A stretch of 52,846 bases of DNA from Bdellovibrio sp. (GTDB lineage Bacteria > Bdellovibrionota > UBA1018): the NCBI GenBank assembly GCA_016185105.1, contig JACPOE010000009.1, positions 6,448 to 59,293 on the forward strand, given 5' to 3'. The notes under the pieces are model-generated. The model saw only the letters and a list, made by a program, of their open reading frames with translations, did no database searches and was not told where the DNA came from. Positions 37,767 to 47,033 of the stretch are shown here, piece after piece. Made by a program: the position numbers and the translations under genes. The first letter of the stretch is position 1, and the number at the start of each line of letters is the position of its first letter.

Positions 37767-38219
37767 TTAAGCCTTGACCTCAACGACTTCTGTGTCCGCC
37801 ATGACGTCTCCAAGACGATGACCGGAATCCACACTGACCATCAAATAAATTTCCATAATCATCAGAGGAATGCCCACCAGAGCCAAGATAATCCAACCCC
37901 AGAATGGGATTAGGGCAAAAATCGTGGCTACCCCCACCGGAGTATTTCTTAGCGCCGAGTCCCTGAAATCCGCCGGTTTTTTTCGGGGCAGGTTCATCAC
38001 CCGAAGTTTCATTATTTTCTTGCCGACGCTCTGGCCCTCAAACTGGCCCATATTAATTCCATCGGCCAGCAGGCTATAGACAAACCCGACAAGCGGGCCG
38101 ACAATTTCAGGCAAAACCTTGGCCAGAAAAAAAACAATAAGTAGGTCAATAAATTTGGCAACCAAGCGGTTGGCCACACTTACTTTAATTGTGACGCCCA
38201 AAGGCAAAACTAGAAACAT
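37767..38219 (-). CDS. RDD-family membrane protein
   Basis: 150 aa, 3 TM helices. VANRLVAKFIDLLIVFF and GQSVGKKIMKLRV fit the RDD family pattern. Confidence 0.6.
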   Translation of the reverse strand: MFLVLPLGVTIKVSVANRLVAKFIDLLIVFFLAKVLPEIVGPLVGFVYSLLADGINMGQFEGQSVGKKIMKLRVMNLPRKKPADFRDSALRNTPVGVATIFALIPFWGWIILALVGIPLMIMEIYLMVSVDSGHRLGDVMADTEVVEVKA

Positions 38220-38240
38220 AGGACCTCGTTTTCCAAACGA

Positions 38241-38834
38241 TTACCCCTTTGCGCTAGCCTCTAAGAAAAATCTATCGGTTAGGTCAACCAAACTATGGAC
38301 AGCAAAAATATGAGATTCCTGAATCCGACTTGAGTTCGCCCCTAGAGAGACGCATAGGAAAACATCACAAAGAGGCTTTAAGAGCCCGCCACTTCCACCG
38401 GTCAATCCAATCACCTTGCAACCCAGCTTGCGCGCACACTCGGCTCCAGCAAGAATATTCTTACTCTTACCTGATGTGGTGATTCCAATTACGACATCCC
38501 CTTCTTTGGCCAGGGCTTCAATTTGTTTCACGAAAACAAGCTCATATCCGAAGTCATTTCCAATAGCAGTCAGATTGGAGGTGTCAGTCGTCAATGCTAT
38601 CGCAGCCAGGGGCCTTCGTTTCACAAGCATATTGCCAACCATCTCGGCTGCCATGTGCTGGGCATCTGCAGCAGAGCCACCGTTTCCCATGACTAGAACT
38701 TTTCCACCCTTGTTAATGCAGGTGCCGATCATCTCAGCTGCTTGAATGATTGCAGGCCCGTACTCTTTTAGGAAGGCTTCCTTGGTGGTGATTGACTCTT
38801 TTGCTGTTTTTTCTAAGTAATCCTTCGGATTCAC
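38241..38834 (-). CDS. gmhA: D-sedoheptulose-7-phosphate isomerase (SIS domain)
   Basis: GNGGSAADAQHMAAE motif. The GTG at 38834 is preceded by AAAGGAG at 7 nt and gives a typical length of about 197 aa. Confidence 0.85.
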   Translation of the reverse strand: MNPKDYLEKTAKESITTKEAFLKEYGPAIIQAAEMIGTCINKGGKVLVMGNGGSAADAQHMAAEMVGNMLVKRRPLAAIALTTDTSNLTAIGNDFGYELVFVKQIEALAKEGDVVIGITTSGKSKNILAGAECARKLGCKVIGLTGGSGGLLKPLCDVFLCVSLGANSSRIQESHIFAVHSLVDLTDRFFLEASAKG

Positions 38835-39085
38835 TGAAATGCTCCTTTTTAGTGGGTACGTCAAACTCAGCCTCGCCCCGCTCGCCTAATCATGGTAGAT
38901 AGATCTTCTCCCATTCTTGGCTTTTTTGGTTAGCAGGGACTTGCCAAATCGATTTTGCACTCCACTTTTAACCCTTACTTTAGGGTACTGAGGTTTTCAG
39001 CAAAATTAAAGTGGGAACTCAAGAAAGACGGGTAGGACAACCCCCCGAAAGTTAACGTTCTGAAAACTAGTGTAAGGAGAAAAAA

Positions 39086-39418
39086 ATGGCGAACTCTAAG
39101 AATGTTTTTGAAGCGACAGACACCAATTACGAAACTGAAGTCGTGAAATCCCCTACCCTCACCCTAGTGGATTTTTGGGCCGAATGGTGCGGCCCTTGTA
39201 AGGCGCTTGGACCCACGATTGAAGCCCTCGCCGATGAGTACGTAGGCAAACTGAAGGTCTACAAAATGGATGTAGACAATAACTCTGAAACTGCCGCCAA
39301 GCTTCAGATTCGAAGCATTCCTACGATCCTTTTCTATAAGAACGGTGAGATTGTTGAAAGCTTAGTAGGCAACCAACCCAAAGAAAAGTTTGTGCAGGTC
39401 ATTCAGCAGTTCTCTTAA
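39086..39418 (+). CDS. trxA: thioredoxin
   Basis: WAEWCGPCK active site, 110 aa, SD AAGGAG. Confidence 0.95.
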   Translation: MANSKNVFEATDTNYETEVVKSPTLTLVDFWAEWCGPCKALGPTIEALADEYVGKLKVYKMDVDNNSETAAKLQIRSIPTILFYKNGEIVESLVGNQPKEKFVQVIQQFS

Positions 39419-39439
39419 ACTTTGTCAGCTTTTTGACAG

Positions 39440-39964
39440 TCATTTAGCTGAATGGGACAAACTCCCGCCTTCTACCCCGCCAAAGACATTCTCTCGCGCT
39501 GGGTGGCGATTGCTGTTGTTTATACCTCTCATAGGAATGATCTTAGACTGTCCAGTTGTATTTGAGTTAGATCCCCCTGGAGTAACCGTCTGCTGATAGT
39601 TTTGGTATCCATTTGGGCTAAAGTTGGTTTGCCCATTGGGTAGCGCTGCGCCTGTTGCTAATGGACCTGAATTCGAAAGCTGATTAATAGTATGAGGTAC
39701 GCCGGTGACTGAGTTGTACATTGAAGGGTAGGTGCTATAGCCGCTTCCACCCATCATTCCGTTCGTCCCTCCGTAGCCAAAACTTCCGAACATACTACCG
39801 CTGTATCCGCTCCCCATGCCTCCGTATCCAAACCCTCCCCCATATCCGAAACCACCCCCCATTGCTGGTCCGTATCCAAACATGGCAAAGGCAGACGGAG
39901 AATGGCAAAAAATTAGGACTGTCAGCACGAAGATCAATAAATTAAATAATTTAACGATAAACAT
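39440..39964 (-). CDS. exported Gly/Tyr/Ser/Asn-rich low-complexity protein
   Basis: Signal-like N-terminus MFIVKLFNLLIFVLTVLIFCHSPSAFA, then GGFGYGGGFGYGGMGSGYSG-type repeats and an N/Q/S/T-rich tail. Confidence 0.6.
   Translation of the reverse strand: MFIVKLFNLLIFVLTVLIFCHSPSAFAMFGYGPAMGGGFGYGGGFGYGGMGSGYSGSMFGSFGYGGTNGMMGGSGYSTYPSMYNSVTGVPHTINQLSNSGPLATGAALPNGQTNFSPNGYQNYQQTVTPGGSNSNTTGQSKIIPMRGINNSNRHPARENVFGGVEGGSLSHSAK
39737..39885 (-). repeat. coding low-complexity G-Y-F repeat tract
   Basis: On the plus strand, the 13-mer TCCGTATCCAAAC occurs at both 39821-39833 and 39869-39881. Degenerate CCNCCNTATCC units lie between them. Confidence 0.7.
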
Positions 39965-40051
39965 GTAGTTTTAGTGTACCTAAAAAAAGCACTTCAGTGC
40001 AAGCGAAGGACATTTGACACCACTGAAACGGAAACCTATAGTCTGAGAGAA

Positions 40052-41683
40052 ATGACAAATGTTCGGAACGATGAAATTCGATTTTTCTGGAAGTGGATGG
40101 GAATCAGCCTTTTTTTCCATCTTTTAACCGGGATTTTTAGCGTAGGCTATCAGGCCGTTGATGAACACTTTCAGATCCTCGAGTTTTTGAACTTCAAAAT
40201 GGGTAAAACCCCCCTCGAGGACCTTCCTGTTGAATTTGGCGAAAAAATGCGCCCTTTTCTTCAAGTCTGGCTCTACGGAGGGGTCATTAAAATTGCGCAC
40301 GCCTTTGGGATCACCAACCCCCACACTTGGGCACTGCTGATCCGGGAACTGACCGGCATCCTTGGGTGGCTCAGTATCGTGTCGCTTGCTCAAAGCGCCC
40401 TACTCTGGTTTGGAGATCTCCAGACCCAGAAAATAGCAATTACCGCACTGGCCCTTTGTTGGTACTTTCCAGCAATGCACGTCAGACCTTCCTCTGAGGG
40501 TCTTGGCGGAAGCGCCTTCGTATTAGGGATCTGCCTTCTGTTTTTAACCTATCAACATCAAAAGCAAAGCCGTTCCGATGTTCCGATGCAGGATCGCCCT
40601 CGTCCATTAGCTCCTGCGACTTCTCCCCTGAGGCTGAATTTTCTAGGGGTCATTCCCTTGCGCTCTGCCTGGTGTTGGTTTTTAGGTGGAGCTTTACTGG
40701 GCCTTTCTTTCGAAGCGCGCTTTCAAATGGCGTTGATGCTGCTCGGTGCCGCATTATGGTTCATTTTCCAAGCCCGAATTCAACTCAGCCAATGGGCCTT
40801 AAGCCTCTTCGGATTTGGGGTGGTCTTTGGCGCTGGTCGCCTAGCAGATTATTGGGGATACGGAACTCTGTGTTTCAGTCCTTGGAACTACTTCTCCTAC
40901 AATATTCTTCGAGGCGAAGTGTCGCGCTACGGACGGTCCCCTTGGTGGGACATTTTTCGAATGTCGATCACCGAAAGTTGGCCAATTCTCGGCATCCTTT
41001 TAGCTATTCTAGTGGTGATCGGGTGGGCCCGCTTCCGAAGGCACCTCCTCACTTGGTGTCACCTTCCGTTTTTTCTGGTCCACTGTATGATTGCCCACAA
41101 AGAATACCGCTTCTTTTTCCCGATTGGGAACTCTGCTCCTATCCTGGCCATTTTAAGCTTAGTTTCTCCCAAAACCTACGGTTTGGATTTTTGGAAACGG
41201 GTCCTGACTGAAAAAAAGAGCCGTTTTCTGAGACCTCTCTTGCTTACGGTCCTAGGATTTCTCTTCATCAACAATCTGGTGGGTCTAGTCTCTCTCAGCG
41301 TGATTCCTATGGCTCGAAATGTCTATTACCAAGAGGCTGTATCTAAACGCGTGATTCCTGGCCATGAGTTTCGAATCTACACAGACGATCGTGATCCTTT
41401 TGTGATTTCTGGAAGCCCCACCTATTTTTACCGACCTTCCGAGGTTCAGGTTCACCACGTCAATCATCTGAGTGAACTTTCTACACTCCCAAAAGAGGCG
41501 AGACCTTTTTGGTTCTTTCATGGAACTTTTGAAATTCCATCGGAGCTCCAGGCTAGCCTTCCCTTTTGCAGCAGGTCTTTTTCAACACTTCCGGATTGGA
41601 TTAAATACTTTAACTGGAATAATTGGCTCAGCCGAGCCAACGTTTGGAGCCTTTACTATTGTTCCAATGAGTCTGGCTCGTAG
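40052..41683 (+). CDS. GT22-family (Alg9/PIG-B-like) polyprenol-phosphate-mannose-dependent glycosyltransferase
   Basis: Polytopic membrane ORF. The N-terminal loop motif AVDEHFQILEF (compare PDE..Q..E) and AHKEYRFFFP (compare HKE.RF) are GT22 signatures as I recall them. Confidence 0.65.
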   Translation: MTNVRNDEIRFFWKWMGISLFFHLLTGIFSVGYQAVDEHFQILEFLNFKMGKTPLEDLPVEFGEKMRPFLQVWLYGGVIKIAHAFGITNPHTWALLIRELTGILGWLSIVSLAQSALLWFGDLQTQKIAITALALCWYFPAMHVRPSSEGLGGSAFVLGICLLFLTYQHQKQSRSDVPMQDRPRPLAPATSPLRLNFLGVIPLRSAWCWFLGGALLGLSFEARFQMALMLLGAALWFIFQARIQLSQWALSLFGFGVVFGAGRLADYWGYGTLCFSPWNYFSYNILRGEVSRYGRSPWWDIFRMSITESWPILGILLAILVVIGWARFRRHLLTWCHLPFFLVHCMIAHKEYRFFFPIGNSAPILAILSLVSPKTYGLDFWKRVLTEKKSRFLRPLLLTVLGFLFINNLVGLVSLSVIPMARNVYYQEAVSKRVIPGHEFRIYTDDRDPFVISGSPTYFYRPSEVQVHHVNHLSELSTLPKEARPFWFFHGTFEIPSELQASLPFCSRSFSTLPDWIKYFNWNNWLSRANVWSLYYCSNESGS

Positions 41684-41684
41684 C

Positions 41685-42593
41685 TTAGAAATTATAGGCT
41701 GGATTTGTTTGATCAAAATCTACATCAGACAAAGGCGAGAGATCCACGTCTTCCCATCGATAGGACTCAAAAAGCTGGCCTTTTTTATCAAAAATTTCGA
41801 TAGACGTTGGCAAAACCCGCACTGGGTCAACCCCAACCACCAGACGAGTCCCATAACAGCGGGGTAAAATCACTTCTCCCTGAGACGGAAAATCGCCAAA
41901 GTCCGTCAGACCATTGGCATGCAAGATAGCGGCGGCAGACATCTTATTTCTTTTTGAAAACGCCCAAATGTCTTCATCTTTCAAAATGGAAACCTTCGAC
42001 TCTACCCAGGGCCCTGTCAACTCAACTGCGTAGGTTTTTCCAGTCTGAGTTTCACGATCGGAAAGGTACCGAATGGAGGAACCTGGAAGATCCTCGCAGT
42101 TCTTAACTTCATCAGTAATCATTTGCACAATAGCGCGAAAGGAGGAGTCTTCAATCGTATGGTGCTGTAAATCCAAAAGCAGGTGATTTTGAGGACTCAC
42201 GTGAACTGTTAAGTCAGGAAAACTACCTTTATGGGCAGTAACGCGACCAGTGGTAGGATTAAAAAGAAGCTCGGCGTCTTGCTTTGGCCCCTGCAAAATC
42301 TTGAGGTAGGTTCGCCCCTTCGAATACTTGATCCTCATTTTCATCAAAGGACCCATCGTATTTCCAAAACGTTCCCGCTGAAAATGAATTGCAGAATAGT
42401 CGGTAAGTTTTTGAGTACGCCCTTGAAGCATCTCTAATAGTTTTCTGGCAGCAGGTCTTTTTTCAGAGGACTCTGCAGATACCGGAATAACAGCGTATTT
42501 TGAGGCTGGTTTGGCTAGAGAGGTTGACAGAACAAAGAACCCTCCCAACAACACCACGACTGCGCTGGCTTTTAAAGGCCCGGTAATTTTCAT
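41685..42593 (-). CDS. exported protein, possibly DUF1571-like with LysM-like segment
   Basis: Signal-like N-terminus MKITGPLKASAVVVLLGGFFVLSTSLA. ATGA overlap with the trhO stop. The family call is weak. Confidence 0.55.
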   Translation of the reverse strand: MKITGPLKASAVVVLLGGFFVLSTSLAKPASKYAVIPVSAESSEKRPAARKLLEMLQGRTQKLTDYSAIHFQRERFGNTMGPLMKMRIKYSKGRTYLKILQGPKQDAELLFNPTTGRVTAHKGSFPDLTVHVSPQNHLLLDLQHHTIEDSSFRAIVQMITDEVKNCEDLPGSSIRYLSDRETQTGKTYAVELTGPWVESKVSILKDEDIWAFSKRNKMSAAAILHANGLTDFGDFPSQGEVILPRCYGTRLVVGVDPVRVLPTSIEIFDKKGQLFESYRWEDVDLSPLSDVDFDQTNPAYNF

Positions 42594-43333
42594 TCTTGGC
42601 TTTCTGCCTGAGGAATCAGATACTCCGCAGCTACCGGTTTGAGTTCAGGGTCCAGCGCAACCCGATGATCAAACACAAAACAATTTCCCCGATAGTGCTC
42701 CCCTTTAAACTTTTCAAAATACTTTAGAATCCCGCCGTCAAGCTGGTAAACTTCCTGAAAGCCTTCTTTTTCAGCCAAAACCGAAGCCTTTTCACACCGA
42801 ATCCCCCCGGTACAAAACATGACCATAGGTTGATTGCGAGCTTCAGGAGCGAGGGCCTTCAAACACTCTCTAAAATTTCTAAAATGTTTTAATTCCAAAG
42901 TCTTAGCCCCTTCAAACGTACCATGGGCGACTTCGTAATCATTGCGAGTATCCAAAAAGAGAAACTCTCTTTTTTCATCCAGCCATTTTTTAAGAGTCTC
43001 GGCAGAAATTCGAGGGCCAGTGTGCTGCTCGGGGGTGACCGTCGCATCGCCCACAGGAATAATTTCTTTCTTCAACTTCACGTACATCCCTCTGAAGGGG
43101 ATGGAGCTAGAAAAGCTCTCCTTAAACTCGAGACCACTCCACTGTGGATCGCCAGCCAAAACCTCCTGAAACCTCCGAACCGAGGCTTCTTCCCCAGCCA
43201 AGGACCCATTGATGCCCTCATGGCTTAGCAAAACAGTCCCTTTTAGACCATTTTCTAAACATAGGCTCTTAAAGAATTGGCGCGCCGAATCAAGAAGCTC
43301 TACTTTTTGAAATCGGTAGAAAGCGATGTTCAT
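42590..43333 (-). CDS. trhO: rhodanese-domain tRNA uridine(34) hydroxylase (UPF0176)
   Basis: MNIAFYRF start, EGINGSLAG, FLDTRNDYE, FCTGGIRCEKA. Confidence 0.88.
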   Translation of the reverse strand: MNIAFYRFQKVELLDSARQFFKSLCLENGLKGTVLLSHEGINGSLAGEEASVRRFQEVLAGDPQWSGLEFKESFSSSIPFRGMYVKLKKEIIPVGDATVTPEQHTGPRISAETLKKWLDEKREFLFLDTRNDYEVAHGTFEGAKTLELKHFRNFRECLKALAPEARNQPMVMFCTGGIRCEKASVLAEKEGFQEVYQLDGGILKYFEKFKGEHYRGNCFVFDHRVALDPELKPVAAEYLIPQAESQE

Positions 43334-43374
43334 TATTCTCAAGAGTTGCAAAGAATTGTCCGAAATTTTCATAT

Positions 43375-43935
43375 ATGGGCGCACATTCTCACTTTCTCTG
43401 GATGGACCTTTTTAGCAGGGAGAACTCGGCTAAGAGGAATCTGATTAACGTCTTGAAAGAAAACGTACTTTTCAAGACATTGAGCCTCCGCGAACTCAAA
43501 TACCTGGCAAATTTGGTCTACGAAAGAGTTTATCAACCAAATGAGCCCATTTTTCAACAGAATGATCGAGGCTTGGGGATGTACCTGATTGCCAAGGGAA
43601 AAGTCGCTATCAAGTCCCCAACCCCAGAAGGAGAAGTCCTAGTGACTACCCTTCAGGAAGGGAACTTCTTTGGGGAGATTGCGCTAGTGGACCCTGATAA
43701 TATGCGTTCCGCATCCGCCGTTGCCGCGGAAAGATGTATGATCATTGGATTTTTCAAGCCAGACCTGATGGAAATCCTGGAACGCAAGCCCACGATGGGA
43801 GTCAAAATTCTTTTTCAACTCTCGACCATCCTAGGCCGACGCCTCCTGGAGACGACCGAAAGAATCGCCCAGATGACCCGAAGCCCGATTCACAGTTCGC
43901 TTAGGAGAGGAGAGCGACTTGAAAAAACCAGCTGA
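43375..43935 (+). CDS. stand-alone cyclic-nucleotide-binding domain protein
   Basis: FGEIALVD ... RSASAVAAE cNMP-binding signature. No HTH follows it. Confidence 0.8.
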   Translation: MGAHSHFLWMDLFSRENSAKRNLINVLKENVLFKTLSLRELKYLANLVYERVYQPNEPIFQQNDRGLGMYLIAKGKVAIKSPTPEGEVLVTTLQEGNFFGEIALVDPDNMRSASAVAAERCMIIGFFKPDLMEILERKPTMGVKILFQLSTILGRRLLETTERIAQMTRSPIHSSLRRGERLEKTS

Positions 43936-45034
43936 TCTGCACTTTCAGCGGGACATGTTAAAGCTAGCCTGCCTTTTTGGGGCTCTTGCTGGGGTGGCGG
44001 CCATTTTTGCTATTTCGCCTTCGCTTTCCACTCCCTGCGCCTTGGCGCTCGTAGTGGCACTTCTTCTTTCTCCTGCCGTTGCCGCCCTCGAAGGTCGGGG
44101 GTACTCGAGACTCGCGGCCTCCTTAATGGTCTTTGGAGGACTGATTGCTGTCCTGGCGGCGATGAGTGTTTGGGGAATCCAAGCGGCACTCTCGGATTGG
44201 GGTGATTTCTCTGAAAAAATGCCACTGTACTTTCAAGGTTCTATCGTCAAAATGAGAAGTCTTGAGGCTCTAGCTAAGGAGAGATTTGCATTTCTTTCGA
44301 ACTCCCACATCACGGACTCCGTCCTAAGGTGGGGATCAAAAACGGGACAATGGTTTGTCGACGAAGGTCCGGTCATCATGAGCCGTATTGTCGGGTGGAT
44401 CTTTATCGTGCCTCTACTGACATTAATGATCTTGAACGAAGGCCCAAATCTACGCCGTCAGTTCTATCAATTGGTTCCCAATCGCTATTTCGAATCTTTC
44501 TTTCTAATTTCAACGGACATTTTTCGTGGGATCTCAGACTACCTCCGAGCCAAACTCCTCGAAGCGCTTCTTATCTGCTTTTTAACTTCTCTTGCCTTGA
44601 TGATCGCCCGGGCTCCTTATGCCATTGTTTTTGGAATTCTAGCGGGGATTACAAATATTATTCCGTATGTCGGACCGTTCATTGGAGCCGTCCCTGCGAT
44701 CATTATTGCTAGCTTCGATAGCCCTGATCCCAAAATGGTCTACACGGTTGCGGCCATATTTGTCGCGGTGAACATTATCGATATGGTGGTTATTTTCCCG
44801 ATGGTTGTCGCCAAATTGGTTAACCTGCACCCTTTGATTTTGATAGCTGCAGTGGGAATTGGTCAACGCTACTATGGTCTGGTTGGCATGTTGATTTCGG
44901 TCCCAATTGCCACTGCACTCAAAGTGATTTTTTTGGAAATTTACAGCAGCGTTTATGAATACTGTCCAAATACTTCAATGAGCGGGACGGGAGACGATGG
45001 GCTGAGCGCCTCGGACGATGAAAGAGCTGCCTAA
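43919..45034 (+). CDS. AI-2E family (PerM/UPF0118) transporter
   Basis: Multi-TM with the NIIPYVGPFIGAVPAII motif. The start is uncertain (TTG 43919 or ATG 43955). Confidence 0.85.
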   Translation: MKKPADLHFQRDMLKLACLFGALAGVAAIFAISPSLSTPCALALVVALLLSPAVAALEGRGYSRLAASLMVFGGLIAVLAAMSVWGIQAALSDWGDFSEKMPLYFQGSIVKMRSLEALAKERFAFLSNSHITDSVLRWGSKTGQWFVDEGPVIMSRIVGWIFIVPLLTLMILNEGPNLRRQFYQLVPNRYFESFFLISTDIFRGISDYLRAKLLEALLICFLTSLALMIARAPYAIVFGILAGITNIIPYVGPFIGAVPAIIIASFDSPDPKMVYTVAAIFVAVNIIDMVVIFPMVVAKLVNLHPLILIAAVGIGQRYYGLVGMLISVPIATALKVIFLEIYSSVYEYCPNTSMSGTGDDGLSASDDERAA

Positions 45035-45843
45035 TGACAGATCACAAGAAGAAAGAGCGTTTGGACCCACAGGATTCAGCTCTGCCTGGTATTTTTGGAA
45101 GTTACGAAAGGTTCTTACGTCGATTCAAAGTTCTTAGCAGCATGACGATCCTGATCCCGGTCTATTTCGTGGGAGTAGCGTGCTTTGGCCTCTCGTTGGC
45201 TCCTGGAGCGATGCTTCTAATTGAGGCACACTCTAGACTAGCGGGATCTGAGCTTTGGATCAAAGGCCTTGCCTACGGATTGTGTGGAGGCCTTGGCTTC
45301 CTTTTTTTTGGAATCAGCCTGCTTTTTATCTTACCACTATGTAACTTTCTACTTCGGGCGAAGCCAGTCCCCTGGAGAGGCCCGTACTACTCTTTACACA
45401 CGATCCGTTGGGCCATGCATAATATCTTCACTTATATTATGAGGTTCACCTTTCTCGAATTCATGACCCCTACTCCACTCAATGTTTTATTTTACAGGAT
45501 GATGGGAATGAAGATTGGCAAAGGTGTTCAAATCAATACTACCCATATTTCGGATCCCTGTTTGATTGAAATTGGAAACCACGTCACCATTGGTGGCAGC
45601 GCAACCATCGTGGGTCATTATGGCCAGGGAGGCTTTTTAGTTCTTGGCCCTGTGAAGATTGGATCAGATGTTACAATCGGGTTGCGAGCAATCATCCTTG
45701 GCGACGTTGAAATCGGTGATCATGCCAAGATCCTTCCCAATTCGGTTCTCTTGCCAAAGACCCGCGTCCCTGCCGGAGAAATTTGGGGAGGAATTCCAGC
45801 TGCTAAACTCAAAGACATTCTCAAGGAAAAAAACGTCACCTGA
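45034..45843 (+). CDS. membrane-anchored hexapeptide-repeat (left-handed beta-helix) acyltransferase
   Basis: The N-terminal half has several hydrophobic (TM-like) stretches. The C-terminal half has IGNHVTIGGSATIVG / IGSDVTIGLRAIILG / IGDHAKILPNSVL hexapeptide repeats. TAATG overlap with the transporter gene. Confidence 0.8.
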   Translation: MTDHKKKERLDPQDSALPGIFGSYERFLRRFKVLSSMTILIPVYFVGVACFGLSLAPGAMLLIEAHSRLAGSELWIKGLAYGLCGGLGFLFFGISLLFILPLCNFLLRAKPVPWRGPYYSLHTIRWAMHNIFTYIMRFTFLEFMTPTPLNVLFYRMMGMKIGKGVQINTTHISDPCLIEIGNHVTIGGSATIVGHYGQGGFLVLGPVKIGSDVTIGLRAIILGDVEIGDHAKILPNSVLLPKTRVPAGEIWGGIPAAKLKDILKEKNVT

Positions 45844-45868
45844 TTTGGCACTCACACATCTCTAAAGC

Positions 45869-46372
45869 TCAGTGCTTGAGATCGATAAAATAGAGAGCCC
45901 GAGTTCGATACTTACACGCTTGCGTTGGATCACTAAAATCAGCTGCGATAACTACTGCGTCGATCGAATGCAGCATCTTAGTACCAGCAGTGATTCCGTC
46001 GGTATACTTCCTTACAATCTGGACCTCGGGATTGCCAGAGTAGGACTTTCCAGTTCTCCCCTCTTGAATCACATAAACCCATGAAGTCAAAGGTTCGCCT
46101 TCCACCTGAATGTCCATCCCGGCGGACCCGTAGACAATATTGACTGTTTCTCTGCCTCCGAGTTTCCCCATGAGGAAAGGGGACTCAAGATAGATTGACG
46201 ACTGGGTTACGGTCCACCATTTGAGTTCGCTGGTATAGGTTTTCATTACAGAAGAAATGCCAGCTCTAAGTTCGTCATCGGAAAGAGGACGATCAATCGA
46301 ATCCTTCGCGAGACCAAAACTAGCGGTAAGAATCACGGCCATTGCACAAAATAGCTTAACCCGTCTTAACAT
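45869..46372 (-). CDS. hypothetical exported protein
   Basis: 167-aa ORF with signal-like N-terminus MLRRVKLFCAMAVILTASFGLA. Confidence 0.55.
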   Translation of the reverse strand: MLRRVKLFCAMAVILTASFGLAKDSIDRPLSDDELRAGISSVMKTYTSELKWWTVTQSSIYLESPFLMGKLGGRETVNIVYGSAGMDIQVEGEPLTSWVYVIQEGRTGKSYSGNPEVQIVRKYTDGITAGTKMLHSIDAVVIAADFSDPTQACKYRTRALYFIDLKH

Positions 46373-46501
46373 GCGAAAACTCCTTGCTCAGGTGGATCAC
46401 TTTGAAAACTGGCTTTGGTTACTGAGTTTATCGCAGGAGGTCAAATGAATACTTCTAATGCAACTTGAACTTACTTCAGCCTAAACGAAGCAAAACTGGT
46501 T

Positions 46502-46906
46502 TTAGTCCTCACGTTCATTCTGGGTAGCTTTCCTGATCAATCGTTTAAATGCAGGTTCATCGATATCTCCAAGCGTTTGAACCGGGATATGTCTGACGAA
46601 CTTCCCCCTGCCCTTTAAGAGTTTTTTCGGATCTGATCCCGCTAAAGCCGAACCCCCAAAAAAACCAAACTGCAAAATATCGTATCCTGCAAAAATAAAG
46701 ATCACAGGCCACTCTTTGCCGATCCAACATCCATTCCCCCATTTGACTGATTCTGAAAGACTGGGTGACGTTTTATTCACAAGCTTGCGAAGTGCTTTGA
46801 TGAGTCTTCGGTGTTTAGGATTTTGGTCGACCTCCCAAAGATCAAAGGAGGCATAAGATTTCATGTGGGATTTTTTAAACGCTTTTTTAGGTAGAGGTTT
46901 CGTCAT
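46502..46906 (-). CDS. DUF1801 (YdhG-like) domain protein
   Basis: LIKALRKLV ... ESVKWGNGCW ... GKFVRHIPVQTLGDIDEPAFKRLI fits the DUF1801 pattern. I prefer the ATG at 46906. Confidence 0.6.
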   Translation of the reverse strand: MTKPLPKKAFKKSHMKSYASFDLWEVDQNPKHRRLIKALRKLVNKTSPSLSESVKWGNGCWIGKEWPVIFIFAGYDILQFGFFGGSALAGSDPKKLLKGRGKFVRHIPVQTLGDIDEPAFKRLIRKATQNERED

Positions 46907-47033
46907 TGTGTCTATATTACCGGTTAAAAAACATGCCGACAACAAGACGAGCTAAACTCCATTTGCCGTCTTTGGGTCAAAGTTATACATTGTGTAAATT
47001 CAAGCAAAAACCGGCTCTCAGAAAGGGAACCTA

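Noticed and set aside
39421-39440. A hairpin between the convergent trxA and Gly-rich genes, as a possible bidirectional terminator.
   Set aside because: It has only a 5-bp stem (TGTCA/TGACA) with a 6-nt loop. That is too weak to call.
39721-39945. A plus-strand 74-aa ORF opposite the Gly/Tyr-rich gene.
   Set aside because: The minus-strand frame has an ATG, a clear signal peptide and a 174-aa length. The plus-frame product is an R/S-rich mirror of the glycine codons.
40672-41211. A 179-aa alternative-frame ORF inside the GT22 gene.
   Set aside because: The GT22 frame shows regular TM helices and the HKE.RF motif across this region. The alternative frame is R/S/P-rich.
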